From an uncultured Acetobacteraceae bacterium (GTDB lineage Bacteria; Pseudomonadota; Alphaproteobacteria; Acetobacterales; Acetobacteraceae): a DNA stretch of 64,000 nt. A program made the position numbers and the translations under genes. Every line of letters starts with the position of its first letter. The stretch's first letter is position 1. The notes beneath the pieces were generated by a model that was given only the letters and a program-made list of their open reading frames with translations, did not search any database and was not told the origin of the DNA. Positions 9,007-18,493 of this stretch are shown in pieces. The DNA lies in assembly GCA_964242595.1 (NCBI GenBank), contig CAXTBC010000005.1:14126-78125 (forward strand), written 5' to 3'.

Positions 9007-9978
9007 TCAATGCAAACGTGGCGCCCGTAAGAAGCTGCTGCGCGACGCGGAATGCACCGTCACGTGCAGCAGCTCGTCGTCCCGCCCCACGCTCATCCGC
9101 ACCCGCGCGCCTGCGGTGCCCGCGCTCCACACGCGGCGCCACAGCCCGCCCAGCTCGGTCACCTCGTCGCCGTCCACCGCCACCACGCGGTCGCCGGCGC
9201 GCAGACCCGCCTTGTCGGCCGGCCCGCCATCGGTCACGCCGCCCACCACCACGGTGTCCTCGCTCTCCATGGCGTACAGTCCCAGCCAGGGCCGCGGCGG
9301 GCGGCGCACGTGGCCGTGCTGCACAAGCTCGTCGATGATCGGGGTCAGCAGCGCGGTCGGCACCACCATGTTCATGTCCACCCGCCGTCCGCGCTCGTCG
9401 GTCTGCTGCAGGATCAGCGAGCCCACGCCGAGCAGCTTGCCGTCCGGCCCGATCAGCCCGGCGCCACCCCAGAACGGGTGGGCGGGTGCGGTGAACATCG
9501 CGTCGTCGATCAGGTATTCCCAGTAGCCGGCGAATTCCTGGCGGCCGACCACCTGCGTCTCGATGGTGCGGTGGCGGCCGCCCGAGGCGGCCAGCAAAGC
9601 CGGGGCGCCCACCTCGATGGCGTTGCTGTCGCCGATCTGCATCTCCGGCACGCCGAGCTTGCCCAGCGGCTGCACCAGGCCGAAGCCGGTCTCGAAATCC
9701 ACTGCCAGCGCGTGGCCCGGCACCGCCCAGCCGTCGTTGGTGGTCAGCCAGATGCTCTCGGCCTCCATAACCAGGTAACCCATCGTCAGCACCAGGCCGC
9801 CGCGGATGCAGATGCCGTTGCCGGCGCGCTCGGTGCCCAGCGTGCCGGCGGTGAACGCGTCGCCGGGGATGTCCGCGCGCAGGCCCACCACGCTGCGCAG
9901 CCCGGCCTCCAGGTCGAAGGCGTAGTCTGCGGCGCGCGGCTGCAGGTTGGCGGGGATGTCACGTTCGGTCTTGGCCAT
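9007..9978 (-). CDS. Trypsin-like (S1C/HtrA-related) protein with C-terminal PDZ domain; catalytic His/Ser apparently replaced
   Basis: G.G..I...GLVLTMGYLV, DFETGFGLV, HPFWGGAGL, PDZ WLGL...GGPADKAGLRAGD. Confidence 0.8.
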   Translation of the reverse strand: MAKTERDIPANLQPRAADYAFDLEAGLRSVVGLRADIPGDAFTAGTLGTERAGNGICIRGGLVLTMGYLVMEAESIWLTTNDGWAVPGHALAVDFETGFGLVQPLGKLGVPEMQIGDSNAIEVGAPALLAASGGRHRTIETQVVGRQEFAGYWEYLIDDAMFTAPAHPFWGGAGLIGPDGKLLGVGSLILQQTDERGRRVDMNMVVPTALLTPIIDELVQHGHVRRPPRPWLGLYAMESEDTVVVGGVTDGGPADKAGLRAGDRVVAVDGDEVTELGGLWRRVWSAGTAGARVRMSVGRDDELLHVTVHSASRSSFLRAPRLH

Positions 9979-10125
9979 GGACGGGAAAATGCGTCCTGCG
10001 ACGGCCCCCGGCAAGCCTGCGCGTGAGCTTTCGTGTGGTCCGCGCGCGGTGGCTTGCCAGGCACCGCGCCGCCGGCGGAAGATCGTTCCGCGGCCGGAAA
10101 AGCCGCATTAACCTGGGGTTTCGGC

Positions 10126-11280
10126 GTGAGCGCTGCCACCAACGACTGTCCCGCCGTGCCGCCGCAGGGCTACATCCCGGCGCTGGACGGCCTGCGCGCG
10201 GTGGCCATCCTGATGGTGGTGACCGCCCATGCCGGGCTGGAGCGGGTGGTGCCGGGCGCCTTTGGGGTAACGCTGTTCTTCTTCATCAGCGGCTACCTGA
10301 TTACCCGCCAGTTGCTGGCGGGCCTGGCCGCGCGCGGCCGCATCGGGCTGGCCGGCTTCTACCTGCGCCGCGTGCTGCGGCTGGCGCCGGCGGGCCTGGC
10401 CTACGTGGCACTCGCCGGGCTGGCCTACCTCGCGGCCGGAGGGTTCATCGGCGCGTCCGGCTGGCTGTCTGCGGTGTTCTACGGCGCCAATGTCTACGAT
10501 CTCTGGGCGGGCTACCGCTCCACGCTGCCCGGCGTGCGCCACCCGTTCAACATCCTGTGGTCGCTGGCCATCGAGGAGCATTTCTACTTCGTCTGGCCGC
10601 TGCTGCTGACGATGGTGTGGCGATGGCGGTTCCTGGCGGCCGGCTTGGTGGTTCTGTGCCTGGCGGTGCTGGCCTGGCGGGCTTGGCTGTTCGATCATTG
10701 TACCTGGGACTTCTCCGCCATCTGTGGCCGCCTTCAGGCCAACCCCGCCTGGCGTTACAACCGGCTGTACCAGGGCACTGACACGCGCATCGACAGCATC
10801 GCCTGGGGCGCGCTGTTGGCCGTGCTGGAACAGCGCCGGCCCGGCTGGGCGCGGGTGGCGACCTACGCCTGGACAGCCGGCGTGGTGCTGCTGGCGGCGA
10901 GCTTCGCCCTGCACGGCGAGTTCGCGCGCCAGGTTGTGCGCACGAGCGTGCAGGGCACCGCACTGCTGCTGGCGTTTCCCGCGCTGCTGTACCGGCCGAG
11001 CTTGGTGCAAAGCTGGCTGTCGCTGCCGCCGGCGCTGCTGGTGGGGCGGCTCAGCTACTCGCTTTATCTGTGGCACTGGGGGGCGTTCGCCGTGGCGGAC
11101 TGCGTGGCGGGGGCCGACCGGGTGCTGTGGTTGGGGGTGGGGCTGCCGTTGGCATTCGTGTGTGCTGGTCTGTCTTACTGGTGCGTCGAACAGCCTATGA
11201 TGGGACTACGCCGTCGGGCCGGCAGCGAAACGACTCAATGCGGAGAAGTACCGGCCCACTCAGCCGCAAGCGTGTCCTGA
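10126..11280 (+). CDS. Acyltransferase family 3 (OafA/YrhL-like) membrane protein
   Basis: YIPALDGLRAVA, FFFISGYLIT, FYLRRVLRL, WSLAIEEHFY, SYSLYLWH. Confidence 0.92.
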   Translation: MSAATNDCPAVPPQGYIPALDGLRAVAILMVVTAHAGLERVVPGAFGVTLFFFISGYLITRQLLAGLAARGRIGLAGFYLRRVLRLAPAGLAYVALAGLAYLAAGGFIGASGWLSAVFYGANVYDLWAGYRSTLPGVRHPFNILWSLAIEEHFYFVWPLLLTMVWRWRFLAAGLVVLCLAVLAWRAWLFDHCTWDFSAICGRLQANPAWRYNRLYQGTDTRIDSIAWGALLAVLEQRRPGWARVATYAWTAGVVLLAASFALHGEFARQVVRTSVQGTALLLAFPALLYRPSLVQSWLSLPPALLVGRLSYSLYLWHWGAFAVADCVAGADRVLWLGVGLPLAFVCAGLSYWCVEQPMMGLRRRAGSETTQCGEVPAHSAASVS

Positions 11281-12947
11281 CGTAGGCGAAGCCGGCGGAA
11301 ATCTAACGCTAGAAAGAGGTCTTCGAGGCTCGGTTCAGCCACTTGCTCGATCGGCAAGGTAGCGCGAGCTTCCTCGACAAACCGCGCCCGCAACGCAGGG
11401 CTTTCATTCTGGTAAGCCTCTCTCCACCAACTCAAGATCAGCGGCTTGGCCTGCGCAAGCGTCGTGCCCGTCACGATCTTTTCCCGTTTTTGACTGCGGT
11501 TGATGTTTGAGGTGGATGGAAGCAGATTCCAAAGATCACCGCATTGCCACGCTGACCAGGGTAGACAGTGATCTATGTCCAGCATGTCCGCTGACAACGA
11601 CCTACCAGACCAGACGCAAGTGACGGACTGCCCTTTAGCCAGACGCCTTTGCGCGAGATCGCGTACGAAGCCCGTATCGCGTTCCGGCTCCAACCAGCGC
11701 AGCGCGAGCAAGACCTCGTCCGCTGTTACGGACTTTCCTACCTTTTCGCCGTAATTCCTGGTCAAGCGAACCCATTCCGCAACAAGCATCGGCTCGATCC
11801 AGGCCGACATGCGTCGGAGAGCCTGCCATATCGAAAGCGGGACCCGGACTGTCCCGTACGTCCATAAGTAGTCCTGCTCCATGCACACGGCTGAACTGGT
11901 TGCGGGCATCCTGCCGTAGATTGTCTCGAACACAGGACGGTCGTCTGCAAACGTCAAGTGCCTGGCAGGCATGTCGGCGATCAAGCGGGCTGAGTCGGCA
12001 AGTGCCTTGCGCAATCCGGCTCCGAGCAGCCCGGTGAAGATGGCTCCTGGCCGTAAATCGGATGCAGCTACTTCGTTCAAGGACAAGAACGCATCGGTTA
12101 CAAAACCCATTCTGGAGCCGGGCCGTTGCGGAAGTCCACGTTGGATTAGTGGCTTGAACATCCTGATCCAGTAGAGCGCCACTAATCCAAGCGGAAGGTC
12201 CACGCCGCCCTGTGCCTCACGAGCCACATTCGCCGAAGCGTCCGCGATCCGGGCCAGGCAACGTATGAGCGCCAGCTTGTAGGTTGCTGACTTTTCCTGC
12301 CTTAGAATGACGCCACGCAGGAGCGGAAGCGCACCCGCGCCGTCATCCGGCAAATCCAATATCACGGTCTGCCACAGCACGTCCGGTCTTTCCTGCAGGT
12401 CTTCGGCATGACTGGTCGCCACGCGGAGCGCCAGACCAGTGTCCAAGCCGAGCCGCTCAATCTCGTGCAAACTGACGGGCCACATTGGCCTGTCAGCAGG
12501 TGCTGGCCCGTGACGTAGGGTGACAACCATACGACCTCCGGGCCTGAGTAACGTTGCCAGCTTGCGCATCGCGCGCGGCCGATCTTGCGGCGGAACGTGC
12601 ATCCATACGCCGCTCAGCCAGATGAGATCGAACTCCAAGCCGAGCTTGTGGACTGCCGGGAGGCTAGGAAGGTCATCGTCGATCCAGCGGATACGAGGCG
12701 AGGTGTGGCGTGCTGCGGCGTCGACGCGCATGGAAGCAGCCGGCTCTACGGCCACCACGTCCCAGTCGCGCTGAGCGAACCAGTTCGCATCGCGACCGCT
12801 TCCGGAACCAACATCCAGTAGAAGGCCAGCTTGCCCGGGAAGGAAGGGCAAGGCCACAGAGTGGACGTCTTCGAAGCCCATAGCTTCGTAGGCTGCTGCG
12901 AACTCGCGGAAGCCACGCTGATAGGGTTCAACAGTCTCCCAACTCAA
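11235..12947 (-). CDS. Class I SAM-dependent methyltransferase fused to an HNH endonuclease domain
   Basis: N-terminal LLDVGSGSGRDA SAM motif; central KSATYKLAL block; C-terminal DIDHCLPW...WNLLPSTSNINRSQK HNH/HNN motif; TTG start preceded by AGGA. Confidence 0.8.
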   Translation of the reverse strand: MSWETVEPYQRGFREFAAAYEAMGFEDVHSVALPFLPGQAGLLLDVGSGSGRDANWFAQRDWDVVAVEPAASMRVDAAARHTSPRIRWIDDDLPSLPAVHKLGLEFDLIWLSGVWMHVPPQDRPRAMRKLATLLRPGGRMVVTLRHGPAPADRPMWPVSLHEIERLGLDTGLALRVATSHAEDLQERPDVLWQTVILDLPDDGAGALPLLRGVILRQEKSATYKLALIRCLARIADASANVAREAQGGVDLPLGLVALYWIRMFKPLIQRGLPQRPGSRMGFVTDAFLSLNEVAASDLRPGAIFTGLLGAGLRKALADSARLIADMPARHLTFADDRPVFETIYGRMPATSSAVCMEQDYLWTYGTVRVPLSIWQALRRMSAWIEPMLVAEWVRLTRNYGEKVGKSVTADEVLLALRWLEPERDTGFVRDLAQRRLAKGQSVTCVWSGRSLSADMLDIDHCLPWSAWQCGDLWNLLPSTSNINRSQKREKIVTGTTLAQAKPLILSWWREAYQNESPALRARFVEEARATLPIEQVAEPSLEDLFLALDFRRLRLRQDTLAAEWAGTSPH

Positions 12948-13120
12948 CGCATCGTCCTAGCCGACCTTCAGAACTGTTATCTAGCTTGGCAGGTCCGCAA
13001 CGACCTTGCGAGATGTAAAGTAAGCTCAGCTCGAGTCTGGTTATGCTACGTTCTCCACCGGCTCAGGAGCAGACTTCATCACCACCAGACTAATACTAAC
13101 GGCCGTAAACTTTGACCTAT

Positions 13121-13255
13121 AGACAAGCATGGGGCTCTGCCCCAAACCCCGCTGGGGCCTCGAGGCCCCAGACCCCCATCTGTTTAGAGTCTAACGAACA
13201 GGTTCTAAGGACTTGTCCTTAGCGGGGTCCAGGGGCAGAGCCTTTGGCCTTCCTT
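13121..13255. repeat. Family B repeat, full (type-1 + type-2 halves)
   Basis: AAGCATGGGGCTCTGCCCCAAACCCCGCTGGGGCCTCGAGGCCCCAGACCCC ... CTAAGGACTTGTCCTTAGCGGGGTCCAGGGGCAGAGCC...GGCCTTCCTT. Confidence 0.92.
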
Positions 13256-13305
13256 CACAGGTCAACATTAAAGGCCGTTGGTATAAGCTGTCTGTAGACA
13301 GCTCG

Positions 13306-13899
13306 TTAAGGCGCCTTCGCCTCGTCCAACGCCAAATTGACCTCCAGCACGTTCACCCGCGCAGCGCCCACGAACCCGAGCGCCGGCGCCGCAACGTGCC
13401 GCGCCAGCACGGCGCGCACCGCGTCCTCGCTCATCGCGCGCGCCTTGGCCACGCGGGCCACCTGCAAGGCCGCGTTCTCCGGCGAGATGTCCGGGTCCAG
13501 GCCGGAGGCGGACGTGGTCACCATGTCGCCCGGCACGTTCGCCGTGCCCGCCTTCGCCACGTCGCCCGACACCCTGTCCAGCAGCGTCTTGGACGCCGGC
13601 GCCAAGTTGGAGGCGCCGGACTCGCTCGCGTCGTACGGCGTTGCCACCTGCTTTGAGGAGTCCTTCGGGTCTGCCCCCATCAGAGCGGACGGCCGGCCAT
13701 GGAAGTATTTGTCGGAGGTGAAGTTCTGCCCGATCAGCGCGGAGCCCACCGGCTTGCCGCCGCGCAGGATCAGGCTGCCGCCGGCCTGGATGGGAAACGC
13801 CAGGCTGCCCAGCCCCACGAAGCCCAGCGGGAACAGCAAGCCCGTCACCAGGGTAAACAATGCGATCATCACGATCGCCGGACGCAGTTGCGCAATCAT
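13306..13899 (-). CDS. kdpC: K+-transporting ATPase subunit C
   Basis: GSALIGQNF, YFHGRPSA, SGASNL, VTTSASGLDPDIS, RVNVLEVNLALD. Confidence 0.95.
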   Translation of the reverse strand: MIAQLRPAIVMIALFTLVTGLLFPLGFVGLGSLAFPIQAGGSLILRGGKPVGSALIGQNFTSDKYFHGRPSALMGADPKDSSKQVATPYDASESGASNLAPASKTLLDRVSGDVAKAGTANVPGDMVTTSASGLDPDISPENAALQVARVAKARAMSEDAVRAVLARHVAAPALGFVGAARVNVLEVNLALDEAKAP

Positions 13900-13911
13900 C
13901 TCGGCGGCTCC

Positions 13912-15942
13912 TCAGGCAAACACGTGCAGGGCGGTGAGCAGCATGTCGATCGCCTTGATGCCGACGAACGGCGCCACGATGCCGCCCAGCCCGTAGATCA
14001 GCAAGTTGCGCTGCAGCAGTGCGGCCGCCCCCACCGCGCGGAACTTCACTCCGCGCAGGGCCAGCGGCACCAGCACCACGATGATCAGCGCGTTGAAGAT
14101 GACGGCCGACATGATGGCGCTCTGCGGCGTGGAGAGGCGCATGATGTTCAGCGCGCCGAGTTGCGGATACGTCACCACGAAGATCGCCGGCAGGATGGCG
14201 AAGTATTTCGAGATGTCGTTGGCGATGCTGAACGTGGTGAGCGAGCCGCGGGTGATCAGCAGCTGCTTGCCGATCTCGACGATCTCGATCAGCTTGGTGG
14301 GGTCGCTGTCGAGGTCGACCATGTTGGCGGCCTCGCGTGCCGCCTGGGTGCCGGTCTGCATCGCCACGCCGACATCGGCCTGCGCCAGCGCCGGCGCGTC
14401 GTTGGTGCCGTCGCCGCACATCGCCACCAGCCTTCCCTCGGCCTGCGTCTTGCGGATGTAGTCCAGCTTGTCCTGCGGCGTGGCCTCGGCGAGGAAGTCG
14501 TCCACGCCGGCCTCGGTGGCGATGGCCGCCGCGGTCACGCGGTTGTCGCCGGTCACCATGATGGTGCGTATGCCCATGCGGCGCAATTCGGCGAAGCGGT
14601 CGCGTATGCCCGGCTTGACGATGTCCTTCAGCTCGACCACGCCGAGCAGCCGGCCATCCTGCAGCACCGCCAGCGGCGTGCTGCCGGCGCGGCTCACGCG
14701 CTCCACGCTTTGGGTGAACGCGGCGGGCGCGGGGCAGGTGCCAAGCTTGAGGATGCTGTCCACCGCGCCCTTGCGCCAGCTCCGTCCCCCGGCGTCCACG
14801 CCGGACACGCGGGTGTTGGCGGTGAACGGGATCACGTTGGCGTCGGCCGGCGCCTCCAGGTTGATGCCGTGCCTGTCGCGGGTGAAGGTGATGATGGAGC
14901 GGCCTTCCGGCGTGTCGTCGCCCAGGCTGGCATAGGAAGCGGCCTCGGCCAGGTCCCGCTCGCTCACGCCCGGCGCCGGGTACAGCCCGGCGGCCATGCG
15001 GTTGCCGAAGGTGATGGTGCCCGTCTTGTCCAGCAGCAGCGCGTCCACGTCGCCGGCCGCCTCCACCGCGCGCCCGCTGGTGGCCACCACGTTGAACCGG
15101 ATCAGCCTGTCCATGCCGGCGATGCCGATGGCCGAGAGCAGTCCGCCGATGGTGGTCGGGATCAGCGTCACCAGCAGGGCGGCCAGCACCGGGATCGCCA
15201 GCTTGGTGCTGGAGTAGCCGGCAAACCCCACGAGCGTGACCACGGCGATCAGGAAGATCACCGTGAGGCCCGCGAGCAGGATGTCCAGCGCGATCTCGTT
15301 GGGAGTCTTGCGGCGCTCGGCGCCCTCCACGAGCTTGATCATCCGGTCGATGAAGGTCTGCCCCGGATCGGCGGTGATGCGGATCACCAGCCAGTCGGAG
15401 ACCACCTGGGTGCCGCCGGTCACCGCCGATCGGTCGCCGCCGGCCTCTCGGATGACGGGCGCGGACTCGCCGGTGATGGCGGATTCGTTGACGCTGGCGA
15501 TGCCCTGCACGATCTCGCCGTCGGACGGGATCAGGTCGCCGGTCTCGCACAGCACCAGGTCGCCCGACTGCAGCGCGGTGGCCGGGGTGGGCGCTACCAG
15601 CGTGCGATCCCTGGGGTTGGCCATCAGCTTGGCCATCGTGTCGGTCCTCGCCCGCCGCAGGCTCTCGGCGCGCGCGCGTCCACGGCCCTCGGCGACCGCC
15701 TCGGCGAAGGTGGCGAACAGCACCGTCAGCCACAGCCACACCGCGACCGCGATGGCGAACGCGGCCGGCGTGCCGCGTATCAGCGCCTCGAGGCCGATGA
15801 AGGTGGTGAGCGCGGCGACCACTTCGGTGACGAAGATCACCGGGTTGCGCATCAGGCTCACCGGGTTGAGCTTGGCGAAGCTGTCGCCCACCGCGCGCAG
15901 GAGGATGGTGCGGTCGAACAGGGCTATCGTGTCGGCGGGCAT
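13912..15942 (-). CDS. kdpB: K+-transporting ATPase subunit B (P-type ATPase)
   Basis: [11 protein letters not shown] phosphorylation motif, [29 protein letters not shown]; ATG 15942 chosen. Confidence 0.97.
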   Translation of the reverse strand: MPADTIALFDRTILLRAVGDSFAKLNPVSLMRNPVIFVTEVVAALTTFIGLEALIRGTPAAFAIAVAVWLWLTVLFATFAEAVAEGRGRARAESLRRARTDTMAKLMANPRDRTLVAPTPATALQSGDLVLCETGDLIPSDGEIVQGIASVNESAITGESAPVIREAGGDRSAVTGGTQVVSDWLVIRITADPGQTFIDRMIKLVEGAERRKTPNEIALDILLAGLTVIFLIAVVTLVGFAGYSSTKLAIPVLAALLVTLIPTTIGGLLSAIGIAGMDRLIRFNVVATSGRAVEAAGDVDALLLDKTGTITFGNRMAAGLYPAPGVSERDLAEAASYASLGDDTPEGRSIITFTRDRHGINLEAPADANVIPFTANTRVSGVDAGGRSWRKGAVDSILKLGTCPAPAAFTQSVERVSRAGSTPLAVLQDGRLLGVVELKDIVKPGIRDRFAELRRMGIRTIMVTGDNRVTAAAIATEAGVDDFLAEATPQDKLDYIRKTQAEGRLVAMCGDGTNDAPALAQADVGVAMQTGTQAAREAANMVDLDSDPTKLIEIVEIGKQLLITRGSLTTFSIANDISKYFAILPAIFVVTYPQLGALNIMRLSTPQSAIMSAVIFNALIIVVLVPLALRGVKFRAVGAAALLQRNLLIYGLGGIVAPFVGIKAIDMLLTALHVFA

Positions 15943-15955
15943 GTTTTGAAATCCC

Positions 15956-16089
15956 AAGGAAGGAAGAGTTCTTTTTTGAAAAAAAGAACCAAAAAACTTT
16001 TGCGTAACGGTGGATGTTTCAGGCGGCACGCGCGCGCAAAGGGACAAAAGTTTTTTGCTTCTTTTTTCAAAAAAGAAGCGCTTGCTTTC
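15956..16089. repeat. Family A repeat, full, between kdpA and kdpB
   Basis: GTTCTTTTTTGAAAAAAAGAAC-CAAAAAACTTTT ... AAAAGTTTTTTGCTTCTTTTTTCAAAAAAGAAGCGCTTGCTTTC. Confidence 0.92.
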
Positions 16090-17799
16090 TTAGTAAGTGT
16101 GCCCCGCCCGCAGCGCGAAGTGATCCGCCATCGGCCCCAAAGCGTCGGCCGGCATGAACTGCAAGCCGCCCAGGATGATGATCACCCCGATGAGCAGCCC
16201 CACGAACAGTGGGCCCGTGGTGGGAAACGTGCCCGTGCTGGGCGGCAGCTTCGGCTTGGCGGCCAGCGAGCCGGCGATCGCCAGTACCGGCACCATGAAC
16301 GCGAAACGGCCGAAGATCATGGCGAAGGCCAGCCCGTAGTCGAGCAGCCGCGTGTCGGCCGTCAGCCCTGCCATCGCACTGCCGTTGTTCTCGGTGGCCG
16401 ACGACCAGGCGTACAGCATTTCCGAAAGGCCGTGCGGGCCGGACGCGCTGAGCGAGGACACGCCGTTCGGCAGCACCAGCGCCAGGCCGGCGCCGCCGAG
16501 GATGAACAGCGTCAGGATCAGCACGGCCAGCATCGCCAGCTTGATCTCCTTGGCCTGCACCTTCTTGCCCAGGTACTCCGGCGTGCGGCCGACCATCAGC
16601 CCGGCCACGAACACGCTGAGCAGGGCGAACACCACGATGGTGTAGAGGCCCGAGCCGACGCCGCCGGGCGTCACCTCGCCCAGCTGCATCAGGAACAGCG
16701 GCACCAGGCCGCCCAGCGGCGTGTAGCTGTCGGTGAAGCTGTCCACCGCACCGGTGGAGGTGCCGGTGGCGGACGTGTTGAACGCGCTGGACAGGGCCAC
16801 GCCGAAGCGGACGTCCTTGCCTTCCATGTTGCCCATCGCGGAACTCACGCCGGCATGGGTCAGCAGCGGGTTGCCGCCGGCTTCGGCCGCGTAGGTGCCG
16901 GCGATGGCCAGCGTCAGCAGGATGGCCATGGCGTAGAATAGCGAGCGGCCCTGCTTCTTCTCGCCCACCATGTGGCCGAGCATGATGGCCAGCGCGAACG
17001 GGATCACCAGCAGCAGCCAGTTCTCCAGCACGTTGGTCAGCGCGGACGGGTTCTCGAACGGATGGGCCGAGTTGGCGTTGAAGAAGCCGCCGCCGTTGGT
17101 GCCGAACTCCTTGATGGCTTCCTGGAACGCCACGGGCCCGAACGCGATGGTTTGCGATCCTCCCTCCAGCGGCGTGGCGGTGGCGTAGGCGCTCAGCGTT
17201 TCCGGCACGCCGGCGGCAAGCAGGATCACGCCGACCACGACGCACACGGGCAACAGCAGATATAGCGTGATCCGCGTGAGGTCGACGTAGAAGTTGCCGA
17301 GCGACGTCACCGCGCTGCCGGCGAACGCGCGCACCACGGCGACGGCGGCGGCGATGCCGGTGGCGGCACTGAGGAAGTTGTGCACCGTCAGCCCGAACAT
17401 CTGCGCACCGTAGCTGATCTGGCTTTCCGGCGTGTAGGCCTGCCAATTCGTGTTGGTAACGAAACTAGCCGCCGTGTTGAACGCCAGTCGCGGCGACATG
17501 GCGGCCACGTGCTGCGGGTTGAAGGGCAGCACGTCCTGCAGGCGCAGGATGGCGTAGAGCACCAGGAAGTGCAGCGCGTTCAGCACGATCAAGGCGAACA
17601 CGTAGTGCAGCCAGCCCATGCCGCGCCGCGGGTCCACGCCCGCCAGCGCGTAGAAGCCGCGCTCCACCGGGCCCAGCACCGGCGTGAGCCAGGTGCGGCC
17701 GCCGGAAAACAGCACCGCCATGTAACGTCCCAGCGGAAACGCGGCGGCGAACACCAGCGCCAGCACGAGCGCGATCTGCGCCCAGCCGATCAACGTCAT
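16090..17799 (-). CDS. kdpA: K+-transporting ATPase subunit A
   Basis: FNTAASFVTNTNWQ, GTNGGGFFNANSAHPFENP, GGVGSGLY, NNGSA selectivity-filter motifs. Confidence 0.97.
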   Translation of the reverse strand: MTLIGWAQIALVLALVFAAAFPLGRYMAVLFSGGRTWLTPVLGPVERGFYALAGVDPRRGMGWLHYVFALIVLNALHFLVLYAILRLQDVLPFNPQHVAAMSPRLAFNTAASFVTNTNWQAYTPESQISYGAQMFGLTVHNFLSAATGIAAAVAVVRAFAGSAVTSLGNFYVDLTRITLYLLLPVCVVVGVILLAAGVPETLSAYATATPLEGGSQTIAFGPVAFQEAIKEFGTNGGGFFNANSAHPFENPSALTNVLENWLLLVIPFALAIMLGHMVGEKKQGRSLFYAMAILLTLAIAGTYAAEAGGNPLLTHAGVSSAMGNMEGKDVRFGVALSSAFNTSATGTSTGAVDSFTDSYTPLGGLVPLFLMQLGEVTPGGVGSGLYTIVVFALLSVFVAGLMVGRTPEYLGKKVQAKEIKLAMLAVLILTLFILGGAGLALVLPNGVSSLSASGPHGLSEMLYAWSSATENNGSAMAGLTADTRLLDYGLAFAMIFGRFAFMVPVLAIAGSLAAKPKLPPSTGTFPTTGPLFVGLLIGVIIILGGLQFMPADALGPMADHFALRAGHTY

Positions 17800-17810
17800 T
17801 GCGGCGATCC

Positions 17811-17897
17811 TTAGAAATCTTCGGGGCGGACCAGCGCCCACACGAGGTAGACGAGCAGCAGGGCCGAGACGGCGCCGCCGAGCACCAAGTCGAGCAT
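17811..17897 (-). CDS. kdpF: K+-transporting ATPase subunit F (28 aa)
   Basis: Manual translation MLDLVLGGAVSALLLVYLVWALVRPEDF; YL..AL.RPE.F signature; directly upstream of kdpA. Confidence 0.93.
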   Translation of the reverse strand: MLDLVLGGAVSALLLVYLVWALVRPEDF

Positions 17898-17980
17898 CAG
17901 ATGTGCTCGCACAGCACGGCGTAGGCGCCCATCAGCAGGATGGCCCCCGTGCCCAGGACGATCACCAGGATATCAGCCAT
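17897..17980 (-). CDS. Second small hydrophobic Kdp-associated peptide (27 aa)
   Basis: MADILVIVLGTGAILLMGAYAVLCEHI; TGATG overlap with the kdpF start; single TM helix. Confidence 0.75.
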   Translation of the reverse strand: MADILVIVLGTGAILLMGAYAVLCEHI

Positions 17981-18056
17981 GGAAGGCGCCCCCTTCGCGC
18001 CGGTCAGGCTGAGTAGGGCGAAGTCGCGTAAAGATGCGATGTGGAAATCAGGCGCT

Positions 18057-18075
18057 GCGCATAACGGGCGCATAA
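18057..18075 (-). promoter_or_regulatory. Direct repeat TTATGCGC x2 with 11-bp period upstream of the kdp operon; candidate OmpR-family (KdpE) box
   Basis: GCGCATAA at 18057-18064 and 18068-18075 on the + strand. Confidence 0.45.
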
Positions 18076-18092
18076 AAACGCCGCGCTGGCGA

Positions 18093-18166
18093 TGGAGCGG
18101 GTGAAGGGAATCGAACCCTCCTAGCTAGCTTGGAAGGCTAGAGCATTACCACTATGCTACACCCGC
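18093..18166 (-). tRNA. tRNA-Gly (TCC)
   Basis: GCGGGTGTAGCATAGTGGTAATGCTCTAGCCTTCCAAGCTAGCTAGGAGGGTTCGATTCCCTTCACCCGCTCCA; anticodon TCC; encoded CCA. Confidence 0.96.
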
Positions 18167-18272
18167 GCGAGCCAGATGATATCGTCCCCGCTGGATTGCG
18201 GCAAGCCATCGGCTGCGAAGAAGGCAACGTAGCCTGGCGGATGCCAAAGCAGGCCGTTCCTGCCGTGTCTTA

Positions 18273-18439
18273 GAGCCTGTCTCGAAACGTGGCTGGACCG
18301 GTCAGCTGGGGCGCGTTTCCAAGCACCGGAGTGGAGTGATATTCTATGGCCATGAGCACCGGAGCGTCGTGCGATTAGCACGCTTTCGCATGACAAACGC
18401 GCTCCAGATGGCCGTGCTAGGCGCGTTCGAGACAGGCTC
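18273..18439. mobile_element. 167-bp MITE-like element, probable IS5-family derivative
   Basis: Perfect 14-bp terminal inverted repeats GAGCCTGTCTCGAA (18273-18286) / TTCGAGACAGGCTC (18426-18439), flanked by direct TTA (18270-72, 18440-42); no transposase ORF. Confidence 0.8.
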
Positions 18440-18493
18440 TTACGCGCCGCAAACTCCGTCACGGCCGACGACTGCAGACCGGGCGTTGCCAGG

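Noticed and set aside
15943-16047. N-terminal extensions of KdpB, ComF, PhhA, the BioC-like MTase and the GT4 at 23128 predicted by the ORF track
   Set aside because: The extensions are translations of family A repeats (e.g. [22 protein letters not shown]); family-typical N-termini begin at downstream starts.
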